In this document: positions 1 through 12,095 of the stretch, piece after piece
Numbering within the stretch: position 1 is the stretch's first letter
Layout of the letters: each line of letters starts with the position of its first letter
The notes under the pieces: model-generated
The model's input: the letters and a program-made list of their open reading frames with translations, nothing else
What the model was told of the DNA's origin: nothing
The model's database searches: none
Made by a program: the position numbers and the translations under genes
Assembly: GCF_018350175.1 (NCBI RefSeq)
Contig: NC_058375.1
Span: 17,050,001-17,114,000, forward strand
Direction of reading: 5' to 3'
From: Felis catus
Taxonomy: Eukaryota
Length of the DNA: 64,000 nucleotides

Positions 1-24
1 CTCAGGAAGGTAAGACAGTGCAGT

Positions 25-200
25 GGTGGTGAAGATCCAGGACTCTGAAGTTGGACTGTTAGCGTTGGAGTCCTGGCACTTGTTGCCCATGTGGCCTTAG
101 ACAAATTATTTCACCACTGTCTCAGTTTTCTTCTGTCAAAAAATGAATAGGACGGATTTCATAAACTTATGGTAAGAATTAACGGAGGTAGTACGTAGAT
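25..200 (+). mobile_element. MIR fragment
   Basis: Degenerate MIR core (ggactctg...tgtggccttagacaaattattt...ctcagttttc). Confidence 0.55.
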
Positions 201-269
201 TCTATTGTGCACTGGACATTCAGTGTTGTCTTTATCACCAGTAAAGTCTTTTCCCTCCATCCTCTCTAG

Positions 270-457
270 GATGTGAAGTGATAGCTGTGAATACCCGCTC
301 CACAAGCCAAACCTTTATTTACAAATGTGATGCAGTTCTCTGTACCCTTCCCTTGGGTGTGTTGAAGCAACAGCCACCGGCTGTTCAGTTTGTGCCACCT
401 CTTCCTGAGTGGAAAACATCCGCAGTGCAAAGGATGGGATTTGGCAACCTTAACAAG
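270..457 (+). CDS. KDM1A: KDM1A (LSD1) internal coding exon, amine-oxidase domain ([14 protein letters not shown]...GFGNLNK)
   Basis: Acceptor ctctctag|G at 269/270 and donor AAG|gtaac at 457/458. 188 nt, phase 1 to 0. The translation matches the LSD1 C-terminal amine-oxidase sequence I recognise. Confidence 0.97.
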
Positions 458-877
458 GTAACTTGCCCGAGGCACGCACTTCTCTGCATACCCACTGTAC
501 AGATACCGGTCTTAGTGCCCTCCAGCCAGAGAGCCTAGGGCTTTGCATTTCTGTATGTTCTGCTGTGCTCTCTGCTCTGTGATATCAGGGTGAGTTGAGG
601 CCTGTCAGTTCTTTCATTTCAGTGCCTAATTCTATATAAAGTATCCACGAGACTTAGTCTTCTGGGATCACTTCGCAAGCCTAAGCCTATAAAAAGTTCT
701 AAATGTTGTCCCAAGTAATACGTTGATAATAGGGATTTCTAGGCTTATATTGAGAGTGGGTTAAAAGAAACTTTAATAAGGTCTGAGGAAGAAGTATTTC
801 CTGTTGAGGCTTAGCTCTGCTTAAAGCCATGTTCTTGGAGTTGTGTTGTCAGTTCACGTGCTCCTTTTTTACGATAG

Positions 878-992
878 GTGGTGTTGTGTTTTGACCGTGT
901 GTTCTGGGATCCAAGTGTCAATTTGTTCGGGCATGTTGGCAGTACAACTGCCAGCAGAGGTGAACTCTTCCTCTTTTGGAACCTTTATAAAG
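878..992 (+). CDS. KDM1A: KDM1A coding exon ([38 protein letters not shown])
   Basis: Acceptor ttttttacgatag|GTG, donor AAAG|gtaact. 115 nt, frame continuous with both neighbours. Confidence 0.97.
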
Positions 993-1717
993 GTAACTCC
1001 TTCCTGGTTTTAATCTTCTTTGTATCCTTATGGAAGTAAAGAATTAGGAATATTCTGGTTTTTCTCAAATACGTATGTCTTGATTTTCCATTAACTCAAC
1101 CAACCAGCAATTTCTAAAAATCCTGCATAGGTACTGGGGATATGGGGGTTTTGGAAAAAGGCTGCCTTCAAGGAGTTCAGAACCTAGTGGGAAATACAGT
1201 AAAGAGGTGAACAGTCTAGGAACAGGGCTTATAAGTAGAGGGTCACAGTGAAAGCCCAGGGCACTGTAAAGAAAACATAAAGAATCAACCCAGCCAGGAG
1301 GCACAGAACCAGGGAAGCTTCCCAGAAGGGAAAATTGTGTTTATTCCTCATTCCCAAGACTTTTGTATCTGACTGGCCCCTGCATCTTTGATCACTTCCT
1401 TTAGGATTTTGTAGCAAATTCCTACCTTCTGTTTTAAGTTCTCCTGTAATTGGATTGCTCTTCTCTATGGTGCTTAAAATATTTTATGTATGTGTGTGTA
1501 TACATGTATGTAAAATATTATTTATTTTATGTCTGCTACTTCAGGGCCTCTGTATTTACTTTGGTCTGGGCCTGGGCAGCTTTTATTTTTCTTCTCTTTG
1601 TTCCCAACATGGCATACTCTGCCCAGCCTTTCAGGTCTTGACCTAAATGCCACTGTTTCAGAGTCCCTTCGGGACACACGTACCTCCACTGCCTCAAATC
1701 TAAAATAAATCCCTGTA

Positions 1718-1900
1718 GGGATGCCTGGGTGGCTCAGTCGGTTAAGCGTCTCATTCTTGGTTTCGGCTCAGGTCATGATCTCTTGGTTTTGTGAGTTTGA
1801 GCCCCACACTGGGGATTCTCTCTCTCTCCTGGTCTCTCTGCCCCTCCTGCACTCATTCTCTCTCTCTCACTCACTCTCAAAATAGATAAACTTTAAAAAA
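1718..1900 (+). mobile_element. Can-SINE
   Basis: gggatgcctgggtggctcagtcggttaag tRNA-derived head, (CT)n tract, A-rich tail. Confidence 0.9.
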
Positions 1901-2480
1901 TTAAACCCCTATATTATTCTTCCTGTATCCTTTTTTGTCATTGCTTTTATCAGTGCATAATTATAGGTGTGATTATTTCTGCTGATCTATGGAGCATATC
2001 ATTTAGTTTATATCTTTTATATCCCAGTAATCTAGTACTGTGCCTATCACAGAAGCCTGTTGCATCAATACTCACCAAATGTGGGTGGGTAGAAGTGGTG
2101 ATGGGCCTGGAACAGGTAAAGGGATGTAGCTCTTGCTATGGAGCTAAGGCGGTCAGGGCTAAGGATTCTGTGCCTAAATATAGGAATACTTGGTTTTCTT
2201 AGCAAGGTCTGAAGTTCTGTCTTCAAGACTTCTGTATTAGACAGTTACAAGTGGTTAATTGCATGAGTCACACTTCACTCACCTCTATAGTTTGCCAGCT
2301 CACTTCTAGGGATGGATTTTAAGTTGCTGTTTCAGAAACATTGCTTGTCTCCAGCCAAGTGTTGCATGTCTGTCCATTGGTCATCAGATTTCAGGGTGCT
2401 TAGAATAATGTGGGCCCTGACAAAGCAGTTCTTGAGAAAAGTCTAAGAAAACCCTGGAATTATCCTTTCTGTTTTTCTAG

Positions 2481-2608
2481 CTCCGATACTATTGGCACTA
2501 GTGGCGGGAGAAGCTGCCGGCATCATGGAAAATATAAGTGATGATGTGATTGTTGGCCGATGCCTGGCCATCCTCAAAGGGATTTTTGGTAGTAGTGCGG
2601 TGCCCCAG
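2481..2608 (+). CDS. KDM1A: KDM1A coding exon ([43 protein letters not shown])
   Basis: Acceptor gtttttctag|CT, donor CAG|gtaagt. 128 nt. Confidence 0.97.
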
Positions 2609-2919
2609 GTAAGTAAGTGGGTAGGAGCAAGTGGGGATCAAGAGTTCACACTAAGGCAGGGTTTGACATAGTCTCTTTACGTTGGTCAGGACAGTTTCAG
2701 TCAGAATGGAGAAGTGGGTGCTGGGTTTACATGAATGCTGATGTTTTGAGTCCATAATGTTAAGTGTAGGGTTCAGAAGAGCCCCCCTCCCGCTCCCCCG
2801 TACATGGACTAGGGAATTGAGGTGGCTGTTTGCTGCACATCCCTGCTTGTCTCATCCATTGTATCTATGTGTGGAGTCACACCACTGCTACCTTTTAGAC
2901 AAAGTAGTCAGAGTCCCTT

Positions 2920-3122
2920 GGGGGCTGCCTGGGTGGCTTAGTCAGTTAAGTGTCTGAGTTCAGCTTGGGTCATGATCTCATGGTTCGTGAGTTTGAGCCC
3001 CGTGTTGGGCTCTGTGCTGACAGCTCAGAGCCTGGAGCCTGCTTTGGATTCTGGGTCTCCCTCTCTCTGCCCTCTCCTGCTCGTGCTCTCTCCTAAAAGT
3101 AAATAGACATTAAAAAAAAAAA
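2920..3122 (+). mobile_element. Can-SINE
   Basis: Head, (CT)-rich body, polyA tail. Confidence 0.9.
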
Positions 3123-3362
3123 ATCTCTTGGTACTTTTTTCTATTCTTTAGGTCTATTGAAACACTTTTTAGATCCTTAGGATTCCTTTGAGAGAATGCT
3201 TATTAATGCTTCATGTGAATTAGAATAAAAGTCAAGCCCTGGGTAGATGTCATAGGCAAGGCAACGGGGAAGCTTAGTCAGAAGCCATTTGCGTTGTGTG
3301 TCGTATAGCAGCAGCATTCATCACCTGGCTAGCCCATGTCTCCTGCCTCTTTACCGCTCAGT

Positions 3363-3404
3363 TACATCTCCACCCACCCCAGCTACATCTCCACCCACCC
3401 CAGC
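3363..3404. repeat. Perfect 21-bp tandem duplication (tacatctccacccaccccagc x2)
   Basis: Read directly; lies in a KDM1A intron. Confidence 0.9.
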
Positions 3405-3476
3405 TTTTCCACTTTTCAGAGATGATTGGTTTGTCCTTTGTCATATAATAACTACTGCTCATGCTTTTTCCTTTAG

Positions 3477-3686
<210 letters not shown>

Positions 3687-4470
3687 TAAAATTGATGCCA
3701 CGGATTTGTGGTTTGTTTTTGGGTTTTTTTTTTTAGATTTTAGTCATTCTGTCCTTGGAGCCTTTCAAATACTAAGAGCAGAGGAAAAGGGAGGAAGAGT
3801 ATTATTTGCGTCTGATTTCTCACATTGTGGCTCCGTAAATCTAGGCAGTCCACATTCCCAATGGAAGAGTCCACAGTATAAACCAGTTACTTTTTCCTTA
3901 TTCAAAAGTTTGTCCCTAAAAGTTAGGATGAAAAACATTTTTAATTGCACCCCATTTTGTAATGGCTCATAGGATTATTGCAGGTATCAGTTACTAGGTG
4001 TCTCCAGTACATGCCCCTGAGGGGTTCTTATCTAGATAATGCCAAACCCTGCTCCAGAGAGTAGTAAGCATTCCTCAGGACCCTGTGAACCTACTCTGGA
4101 GCTGAGAGGCAAAGGTGTTCCTGAATTAGAACAAATGCTGGACTCTATGTGGTACAGAGCAGTCAGGAACCCCTCTGCCCCAGTAGGTACCGTATGAGGC
4201 AACGGAAGCTCTAGAACCGGATATCCCCCAGCATTAAATAATCCCTAAGAACAGATGCAGTTATGCATTACCCTAGGACTAAGGCTGGGCTGAATTTTGT
4301 CATATTTCTACTTTTATCAATTTTAGGATGCCTACTGTTAAGGGAGACCCTTTTTGGTAGGATGATGGTCTGTGATTGGCAGACCAACAGGAATTTGGCC
4401 GTTTAAGTACAGCAGAAATGCTGTTTGCAACCTGATTTTTCTCTCAATTTTTTTTTCTTTCCTGAAATAG

Positions 4471-4656
<186 letters not shown>

Positions 4657-4953
4657 GACTGATGGGTTCGGAGGGAAGCAGCCAATGTGCGTGTCTTTTG
4701 CTGTGTAGACAGAGCTCTTGTAGCAGTACCGGATCCCACTGAGAAACTCACTCTGGCATCTGGGCTCCCAGTCAGCTGCTGGAACTCATGATGCCAGGTG
4801 GCCAAGGAGGTTGCCTCCTTTGAGTGACTTAGAGCTAGAGAGGCAGTTGTCCGTTAGTGTGGAAGTTGGCGTTCTTCCTAAAGACTGAGGTAACCAAGTG
4901 TGGGGAGGGGACATCTTAGTCTCTTGGTGTGTGGTGGTTTTTTATATTTTAAA

Positions 4954-4959
4954 AATAAA
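4954..4959 (+). terminator. KDM1A: KDM1A polyadenylation signal AATAAA (cleavage about 4975-4985)
   Basis: AATAAA about 300 nt after the stop, with U-rich sequence upstream and a U/GU-rich element (tcttcttttgttgttgttt) about 25-40 nt downstream. Confidence 0.8.
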
Positions 4960-5429
4960 ACTTCATATAAAATTCTTCCTATCTTCTTTTGTTGTTGTTT
5001 CCCCTTGGAGTTATACAAGACAGGAGTACTGTGCCTTTGGAAACGGCAGTTTTATCCACGTTTAGATAGGATATTTATATAAAGGAAAAAAATGGTTGGG
5101 TCAGGTCTGAAGACAGGGTTGAGGGAAGCCCCACAGAAGCAATGGGCTCCCTGATCTGTGGAACTGGAGAGTTCCCTATTGGGATTATAGGGTGACTGTA
5201 TGCTAAGACTATGAAGCTACAGGTCAAGCATATGGATATTAGGAAATTTTGAATCATTAAGACGAAACAAGGCAGAGTTTGGGTGTGTCTCTAGCAGACC
5301 ATCTGGCTTTACTCCCCAGGTTCCCTCCATGGGTATGTGCTAACTTTCCACTTTTGTCCAAAGTACTGCTATAAAAGTTTAGGAAGTGTTACATTAAGAA
5401 GATCAAGGGTTTAGATGACTTACTTAGCT

Positions 5430-5712
5430 GGTGTGTTAGTTTCCTACTGCTGCTGTTAACACATTACCACAGCAGGCTTTGGAGGGAAGGTTCCATTTCC
5501 TTGCTTTTTTAGCTTCTAGTGTGTTCCTTCTATATTCCTTGACTTGGGTGGCCTCTTCATCCATCATCAAAGCACACTACTTGAGGGTTGGCTTTAGCTC
5601 ACTTGATTCGCAGTTGATTGTCAGAGCACGTTACTCCAATCTCTGCTTCTCTTGTTCTCTAGTCCTATCTTCGTGCCTCCCCTCTTACAAGGATACTTAT
5701 GATTTCATATAA
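5430..5712 (-). mobile_element. MLT1-family (ERVL-MaLR) LTR remnant
   Basis: tgtgttagtttcctactgctgctg...actccaatctctgcttc...ctcttacaaggatac resembles the MLT1 consensus. Subfamily and orientation are tentative. Confidence 0.6.
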
Positions 5713-5865
5713 GGTAGTAAAACATTTTTATAAGAAAGGTATTACAGTAACTGTTCCTTCTCAAGCTTTCCTAACAGTGTTACTAAATGCACGTACACGA
5801 TCTGTTTCTGGAAATTGGCTTTTACTAATGTTACAATTCTTCCCTGTAATTAGTCTAAATGAGGT

Positions 5866-5871
5866 TTTATT
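5866..5871 (-). terminator. LUZP1: Candidate distal LUZP1 polyA signal AATAAA
   Basis: TTTATT on the + strand; the most distal hexamer I found before KDM1A. Confidence 0.3.
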
Positions 5872-6444
5872 CTTAGTAAGATTTAGGTGACATTACATTG
5901 GTGGTCTGAAGAGAAGACGGAGAGGGCTTTTCCCCTAGTCTTGGAACGAGTAACAGCAGTGGAGAACATCTGCGCAACAGGATCAGGGCAAGTGGTATAA
6001 AGGTGAGAACAGCATGCAGTGGAAAGTATATGGACTTTGGACCTATATTTGAATCCCAGCTCTGCCATTAATATTGTTACCTCAGGGGGGGTCACAGTTA
6101 TCCAGAGTTAGGTGCTTTAAAACGTGTGTTTTTTTAAATACATGGCATAGGTAGCTTGAGACTGATCATCGTTTTGTGTGTGACAACAGACAAGCCTAAA
6201 ACTAAAACGTAGCAATGAAATAGCTGCTACAATTCTAAGTCCAGTTCAGTTATGGGGGGGGTAGGTGTGTCATTTTCCAAGCCTCAGGTCTTTACAGCAT
6301 CATTAATTAGTTGGCTGAGTATTTTAAGTAAATAAACTACAATGAAATATACTAGCTATACCAGTGCACGGACAACAGTTGTACTCAGGACATCAACAAA
6401 AATGGCATCACTGACTCACACAGACCACATGGAAACTAGGGAGC

Positions 6445-6450
6445 TTTATT
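6445..6450 (-). terminator. LUZP1: Candidate LUZP1 polyA signal AATAAA
   Basis: TTTATT on the + strand, with a UGUA element just upstream on the minus strand. Confidence 0.4.
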
Positions 6451-6810
6451 GGTTACATATTGTGCTGCAGAGCCAACAGACAGCATTAGAGCCAGAGGAT
6501 ACATGCAGACAGGCAGCTTCCACTATACACATGCACCCAAGGAGCCCTGAGTCACTGCTCATGGCTTCGCCCTGGTTTCCAGCAACAGGGTCCGGCCTCC
6601 TTGGTCCCAGGCTTGGAGCAGGAATGTAGAAGCTGCTGCACCTAGACTCCAAGGGGCAGGGGTGAGACCAGAGCACCTGCCTGAACAAGTAGATGTGGAC
6701 TGACAGATACTGCTGCCCCCTCGCAAAGGGGCCTTTAATGCATTAACAGGTTTTTTTTGAGGGCTGTACTTCCCTAGCCCTCCCAATCTTTAAAATACAA
6801 AAAAATAGAC

Positions 6811-6816
6811 TTTATT
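6811..6816 (-). terminator. LUZP1: Candidate LUZP1 polyA signal AATAAA
   Basis: TTTATT on the + strand, with a U-rich element downstream on the minus strand. Confidence 0.35.
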
Positions 6817-7443
6817 CTCTTAAAAATACATTCCATTCAGTACATGTTCTGAGCTGTGAAGCAGCAGGAAAATAGGGCCCCTTTCCTATGGTCTTGGTTG
6901 TGAGGCTTTGAGGAGAACACCCTGTGGCCCACCCAGGGTAGACAAAAGATAATCCCTAAAAGCAGCTCTTCCAAAGCAATCTCGTCAGAGTGACAACAAA
7001 CCCCACATCGACAGAGGCAGCTAGGGACCCAGCCTCTGGGTCCCGGTTCCTTTACTGGAAAATGGTAGCACCTGGCGCTAACCCACTAAATATAAAGCAC
7101 TAAAACTGCCCCAGGATCAACATAGACCCTCCCACACCCCATGAGAGGGGAATGATTTATGTGCAGGCTTGCCTGGGGCAGAGGTTGGAGTCCTTGGCCC
7201 CACTGCAAATCCCCTTTGCCCACCATCCCTGCAGCTTTCTCTGGTTGCTTTTAGTACCAGAATAGTGAGATGCAGCAGCAGGTGGAAGAGAGACCAGCCT
7301 CTGGCATTCAGCCAGCTCTGCTTCCTCCAACCAAGCAGCTCTGGAGTGCCAGGTTCCCTGGGAACCCTCCCACAACAAATACACCTGCCAGTAAAATCTA
7401 GAGTTGGAGCTACGCTGCAGAAGAGGCTTGTCATGTAAGTGGG

Positions 7444-7449
7444 TTTATT
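7444..7449 (-). terminator. LUZP1: Candidate LUZP1 polyA signal AATAAA
   Basis: TTTATT on the + strand within the presumed 3' UTR. Confidence 0.35.
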
Positions 7450-8714
7450 GGCTGGGACAGTGGGAATATTTGGCTTGACTGGACCAGCTACTTAATTACC
7501 AGGTCTCCCCTTTATATGGAAATTTCCTCCAGGACCCCTGGTGGTGAGGCCTGGGTCCAGAAGGTCACACAGAGGTTGCTTTTCAGAAAGGTGCCTTCCA
7601 ACTTTGGAATCTGAGAGCCAGCCTTGCCAGCCATTTGAAACCCAGAGGAACTGAGCCTCCAGCCTTCATCTGCTATTACAAATGGTATCTTCTGCAATGC
7701 TGAGGACACTTAAAAATAAAATCTATTTTACAATGGTTCTAGAAAGTACGCAGATTAAGGAAACAATATTTATCCTGAAATAATTGTTACAATCAAACCC
7801 TATTGCACTCAGATTTTAAGATAGCAGCCCCCAGCAAGAGGGCACCATAACTGTCCCTCTTCCAGAGCATTTGGGTAGTGGCAGATGTTGGTGCTGCTGC
7901 AGTGTGGAAAGATCCAGACTTTGGCACCAGGAGCTACAGCACCAGAATCCAGGGCTCCAACGCCCAAAGAAGAGAATTAGCGGCGAAATCTTTGTAGGCA
8001 TGGCTTGGCACCCTTTTGTTTCCACCAGCAGAGAAGAGCCACAGACTTGGTTTCCTATAACCTCAGTTGACCACCGCAGAGGTCTGTTTCCTAGTTTCTG
8101 GCCAGGGACCCAGGAGAAGCAGCAGGAAGAGATTTTGAAAACAGCATCTTAAAACTGAGCAGCTGAGTCAGCACTATGTAGAGGAAAGATGAGCTACACA
8201 GCAATGCCCTTAGACTGGCAGACCTCCAGAAAATGGAAGTAAGCGCAAAACATTCCTGACCCCGAAAGGAAGCTCATCAGCGTGCCCCCAAGCCGCCTCC
8301 AGGATGGCCAAGTCTGAAGGCAGACACGGGCGAGATGAACACCGGTTCCCACACCAAGTGCAGGCAGGGACTATGGCCCACGAAGCACAGCAACGGGAGA
8401 CAGCCAACTTGTGTCACAAAAGCCAGGGGATGCTGTGTGGCAAGTGGGCAAGGCTGGTGCCAAAAGGGCTGCAGAAGCCATCTGATCTTATCCCTTCATC
8501 TTACAAACTAGAAAAATGAGGGAGCTTCTCTGAGCTCATCCTCCTGACATTAGAACATGGAAAGAATAAGGCCCAGAAAACAAGGCCGGGGAGGACCCAT
8601 TCCCCAAAACCATCTGGATGCTACCTTCCAAAAGCAGAATCACCCCCCACAGGACAGTGTAAACAGAACAACCTCAGAATGCCAGATTTAGGACCCTTAG
8701 AGACCATTACAAAG

Positions 8715-8830
8715 AATTCATTTTTATAGATAAGGAAACTGAGGCCCCACGAGGACAGTGACTTGCCCAAAGTCACACAGCAAGAAAGTACAAAGCCATG
8801 AAGCAAATTCAGCTTTCCTGACTCCTAGTA
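8715..8830 (-). mobile_element. MIR fragment in the LUZP1 3' UTR
   Basis: gataaggaaactgaggccc...tgacttgcccaaagtcacacagc is the reverse MIR core. Confidence 0.75.
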
Positions 8831-10132
8831 ATGCTCTCTTTCACTATGAAGGAACAGTGTGCCATTAAAAGTAGCCTTTGAAAAGGGAGCCCTTCTCTGA
8901 ACTGAGAAAGTTACACAAAAAGCAGTGCCAAGAATATACGGTTCTTTTCAACTTCCCCATGTGACGTAAGGAAACTATTCAACTTTATGTGGCTTCCTGA
9001 AAGGTTTGCTGCATTTTGTATTACATAAACCTGGGGCCCTCAGTGGGCACGTAGTACTTTTCCTCCAGTGAAGTCATCACGACAGTTTGCAGAAACCATG
9101 GGCCCACTTCCGTAGGAATGCATCAGTTCGGTAAAGTGCGATTCCTCCTCCTCCATGGGGGAATGAAGGAAGAGGAAGAAAGTCCATGCCTTTCATGGAA
9201 CTATTGCTTTGTGGAGTGACTGGGGAAATGTTTCTTCCAGCCCACTTTCCCCCTTGCTGGGCACTTCCTAGAAGGCAGAGTATGCTGGGTCAGGCCCAGT
9301 TTAGTCCGGAAGTATTCCAAAGATGGAAACGACGGAGTCAGCCTGAAGTCTCCAGCCACGGGAGAGGAGCAGGCAGTGCCAGCAGCATTACGGGTGCCCA
9401 GAAAAGGAGATGCGTGAGGCTTGTGCACTTCCAGGTGCCTTTGGAAGGTGAGCATAGAGCCAGGGGAGGGGAGGGATGATGCCATTCCAATAGGTGGGTA
9501 CCCGTGTGCTCTGCCCCCAGGAAACAATTGTCAGCCGGGGGCGATGTCCGAGAAGCTTCAGCCTAAAGGTTGGTCCCGTAATCCCTTAGAGGCAGCACAG
9601 ACCTCTTCTGCGGTACAAGTCTGAGGAACTCCAAAGGGGAAAGGAGTAGAAGCCCCCTAGATGGAGGTGATGGCTGCTAAGTCTTAGGGGGTACTTAGGC
9701 CCCCAGGGCAAACAAGGAGTAAACTGGATGCGGTGAGACGAAGAAATGAACCACACTGAAGGGGCTGCCCTCTGACCCACTGAGCAGCAGAGGAGAGCTT
9801 TCAGCTGTTGTGGTATGGTGAGGATACAAGGGGTTTCTAGATCTTTCCCCATTTGGGGGCCAGAGTGGCCCATCCGATCTGGGGACAGGGGCAAGGAGAG
9901 AGAACTCATGCATCAGGGAAGGCTGGGCCTGGGTGACTATGTCCAGCTTGTAGTTTCTGATCCCCTCTGGCCAACTGGCAAAATGACCCGAGCCACAGCC
10001 TGGTTTGCCACAGTCTCCCAGCCAAGGCCTGGCGTCTAGCCTCGTTAACTGGCCTTGCATCCTTCATAGGGCAGGAAGGCAGGAGAGCGGAGAAGCAGGA
10101 GCAGAGGAGACAGCAGACCTCACCCAGCTGGT

Positions 10133-10288
10133 TCAGTTGTCCTCGGCACAGGGCCTGGCTGGCCGTAACCGTTCCTCAGCCCGGGCTCGCCCGGGCTCTG
10201 GCAGCCCCTGCTTCGCAGGCAGTTCAGACCGCTCCAGGGAGTTGTGCGGTCGTCTGTGGACACCGAGCGTGCAGTCGTCACCTTCCTC
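10133..10288 (-). CDS. LUZP1: LUZP1 last coding exon ([17 protein letters not shown]...RPCAEDN*)
   Basis: Minus-strand acceptor tttttgtcatttttggcacag|GAG at 10289/10288, phase 0. 51 aa plus stop, resembling the LUZP1 C-terminus I recall. Confidence 0.92.
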   Translation of the reverse strand, partial: EEGDDCTLGVHRRPHNSLERSELPAKQGLPEPGRARAEERLRPARPCAEDN

Positions 10289-10911
10289 CTGTGCCAAAAA
10301 TGACAAAAAGTGAGCTGCGAAGGACAGTAGCGAGTAACAAGACACACTCCCCCCCCCCCGCTCCCAGTGGTCTTCTTCAGCCTGGCAGAGGGAGGCAGAG
10401 TGCAGACAACAGCTGAACTGCAGAGATTCGCTTTGGCCTAAGGAAACCGGTAGACTACAAACTCCCAAGCTGCTGGGGCTCAGAGGGTAGACTGGCGGCT
10501 CACAACTGAGCAAGGGCGTGTGGAGGACGGGGCCTGCACCACATGGTCCTGTAAGGAGGCCCAGAGACCCTTGAGTTCTGCGTGTGCAGGCTGCATTTCC
10601 CTCCTGGGAAACAAGGGAGTATATACTGCCGAAAAGGACACTGGACCATGCTTTTCCTACTTTCCACTTATAAACTACCAAAAAGCCCAGGTGCCTTCCC
10701 TTTTGGGTCCTACACCTATGCCTTATCCTGTTTGTCAGCCAGAGCTTCAAGGGACTAAACACCCCCCCCCCTCTCTCTCTCTCCACTCTCCTACCAGAGT
10801 TCTGCCTTTTCAGTGTTGGTCCTTCAGAGAGAACGCAGATGAAAACAGAAGTAAGAGTGAGAAACGTTGGCAGGGTAGAAAGAGTACTGGATTCAGAAAC
10901 GGGAATCTTGC

Positions 10912-11122
10912 GGGCACCGGGGTGGCTCAGCAGGTTAAACTTCTGTCTCTTGATTTCAGCTCAGGTCATGATCTCAGTTTGTGAGTTCAAGTTCCACATC
11001 ATCAGGCTCTGCACTGACCGCATGGAGCCTGCTTGGGATTCTGTGTTTTCCTCTCTCTTTGCCCGTGTTCTCTCTCTCAAAAATAAACATTTAAAAACAA
11101 AAAAACAAAAAAAAACAAAAAA
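10912..11122 (+). mobile_element. Can-SINE in the LUZP1 last intron, inserted into a MIR
   Basis: Full SINE with TSD ac(g/a)ggaatcttg; a MIR remnant continues to about 11260. Confidence 0.9.
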
Positions 11123-12095
11123 CAGGAATCTTGGATTCAAATCCTAGCTCTCATCCAATAATTCATTTGGGTGGCCTTAGGTATGACACTTTGTGGCTCT
11201 GACCATCCGTGTAAATCTAAAAAGTGGAGACAATACCTGCCCACAGGGCTCTTGGAGAAACTGTGGCAGTGGGAATGTGCTCTGTCAGATGGTGAGTACC
11301 CTATATGCACTCACAGGACATTTCAAGTGAATACACCTGCCTTTTAAAAAGAAGGAAACCACTTCCAAAACGTCTCTCATCCTCAGAGGCTCCACATCTA
11401 AAAGACACTCCTAGGGGCTTCCCCTTTAGGTGCTGTTCTGACACTCTGACCCTCAGAGGCAGAGGTGGTTCTGGATTTATCTATCCTGTAATGAGCCGTA
11501 CTGAACTAGTTCTGCCCTCAGACTGATGATAAAATGGCTTAGACAAAATAAAGTGACACATGGACACAAGTATATAAAGTAGGCCCAGTGGAAGCCTCAC
11601 TCTCCTCCCCCATATGCCAGCAGCTGGCAAAACTTTGCTGTGAAAACCCTCTCCCTGCCCCCCCACCCCCGTCCTACGTGTGCTACAGAAGGGTCACCGG
11701 GTACCCTGGCATAGGGCTTCCCAGTGGCCACCGCTGGTTCTTGGGCTTCTAGGTGCTGCTCTATAGGGTTTTAGGGGGAGGGGTTTTTTTTTTCGCTATG
11801 CTGGCAAACCAAGAGAACGGAGGCTAGATCTCTTTTTTGTGTGACCTTCATATATAGAAGAGATAAACTGGAAAAGGGGGTTGGGGAAACTCATGCTGCT
11901 CTCTGGCAAACACCTCCTTCAAGGTACTAAACTCTTCTTCAAGGCCAAACCTACCTTATTTTCAGTTCTCTGAGCAATCCATCTAGCTCTCCCAGGATTT
12001 CTCAGCCGCATAATCCTGAGACACACAGGCCAGAGCAGAGGGAGCAAAGAGGAAGGTAAAAGAGTAAAGGGGGGGGGGGCAGCAGTGGGGCTCAC

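Noticed and set aside
1-15. Donor-like AAG|GTAAGA at the window start
   Set aside because: The preceding bases do not encode the expected KDM1A residues or phase, and the site abuts a MIR. Not called an exon.
6015-8830. Oppositely oriented MIR fragments in or near the LUZP1 3' UTR as a dsRNA stem
   Set aside because: Too diverged and overlapping different parts of the consensus, so a stable duplex is unlikely.
10286-10291. CAG/GAG tandem (NAGNAG) acceptor at the LUZP1 last exon
   Set aside because: GAG is a strongly disfavoured acceptor, and there is no evidence of use.
11720-11745. CTCF-like TGGCCACC motif
   Set aside because: The second half of the motif does not match the CTCF consensus.
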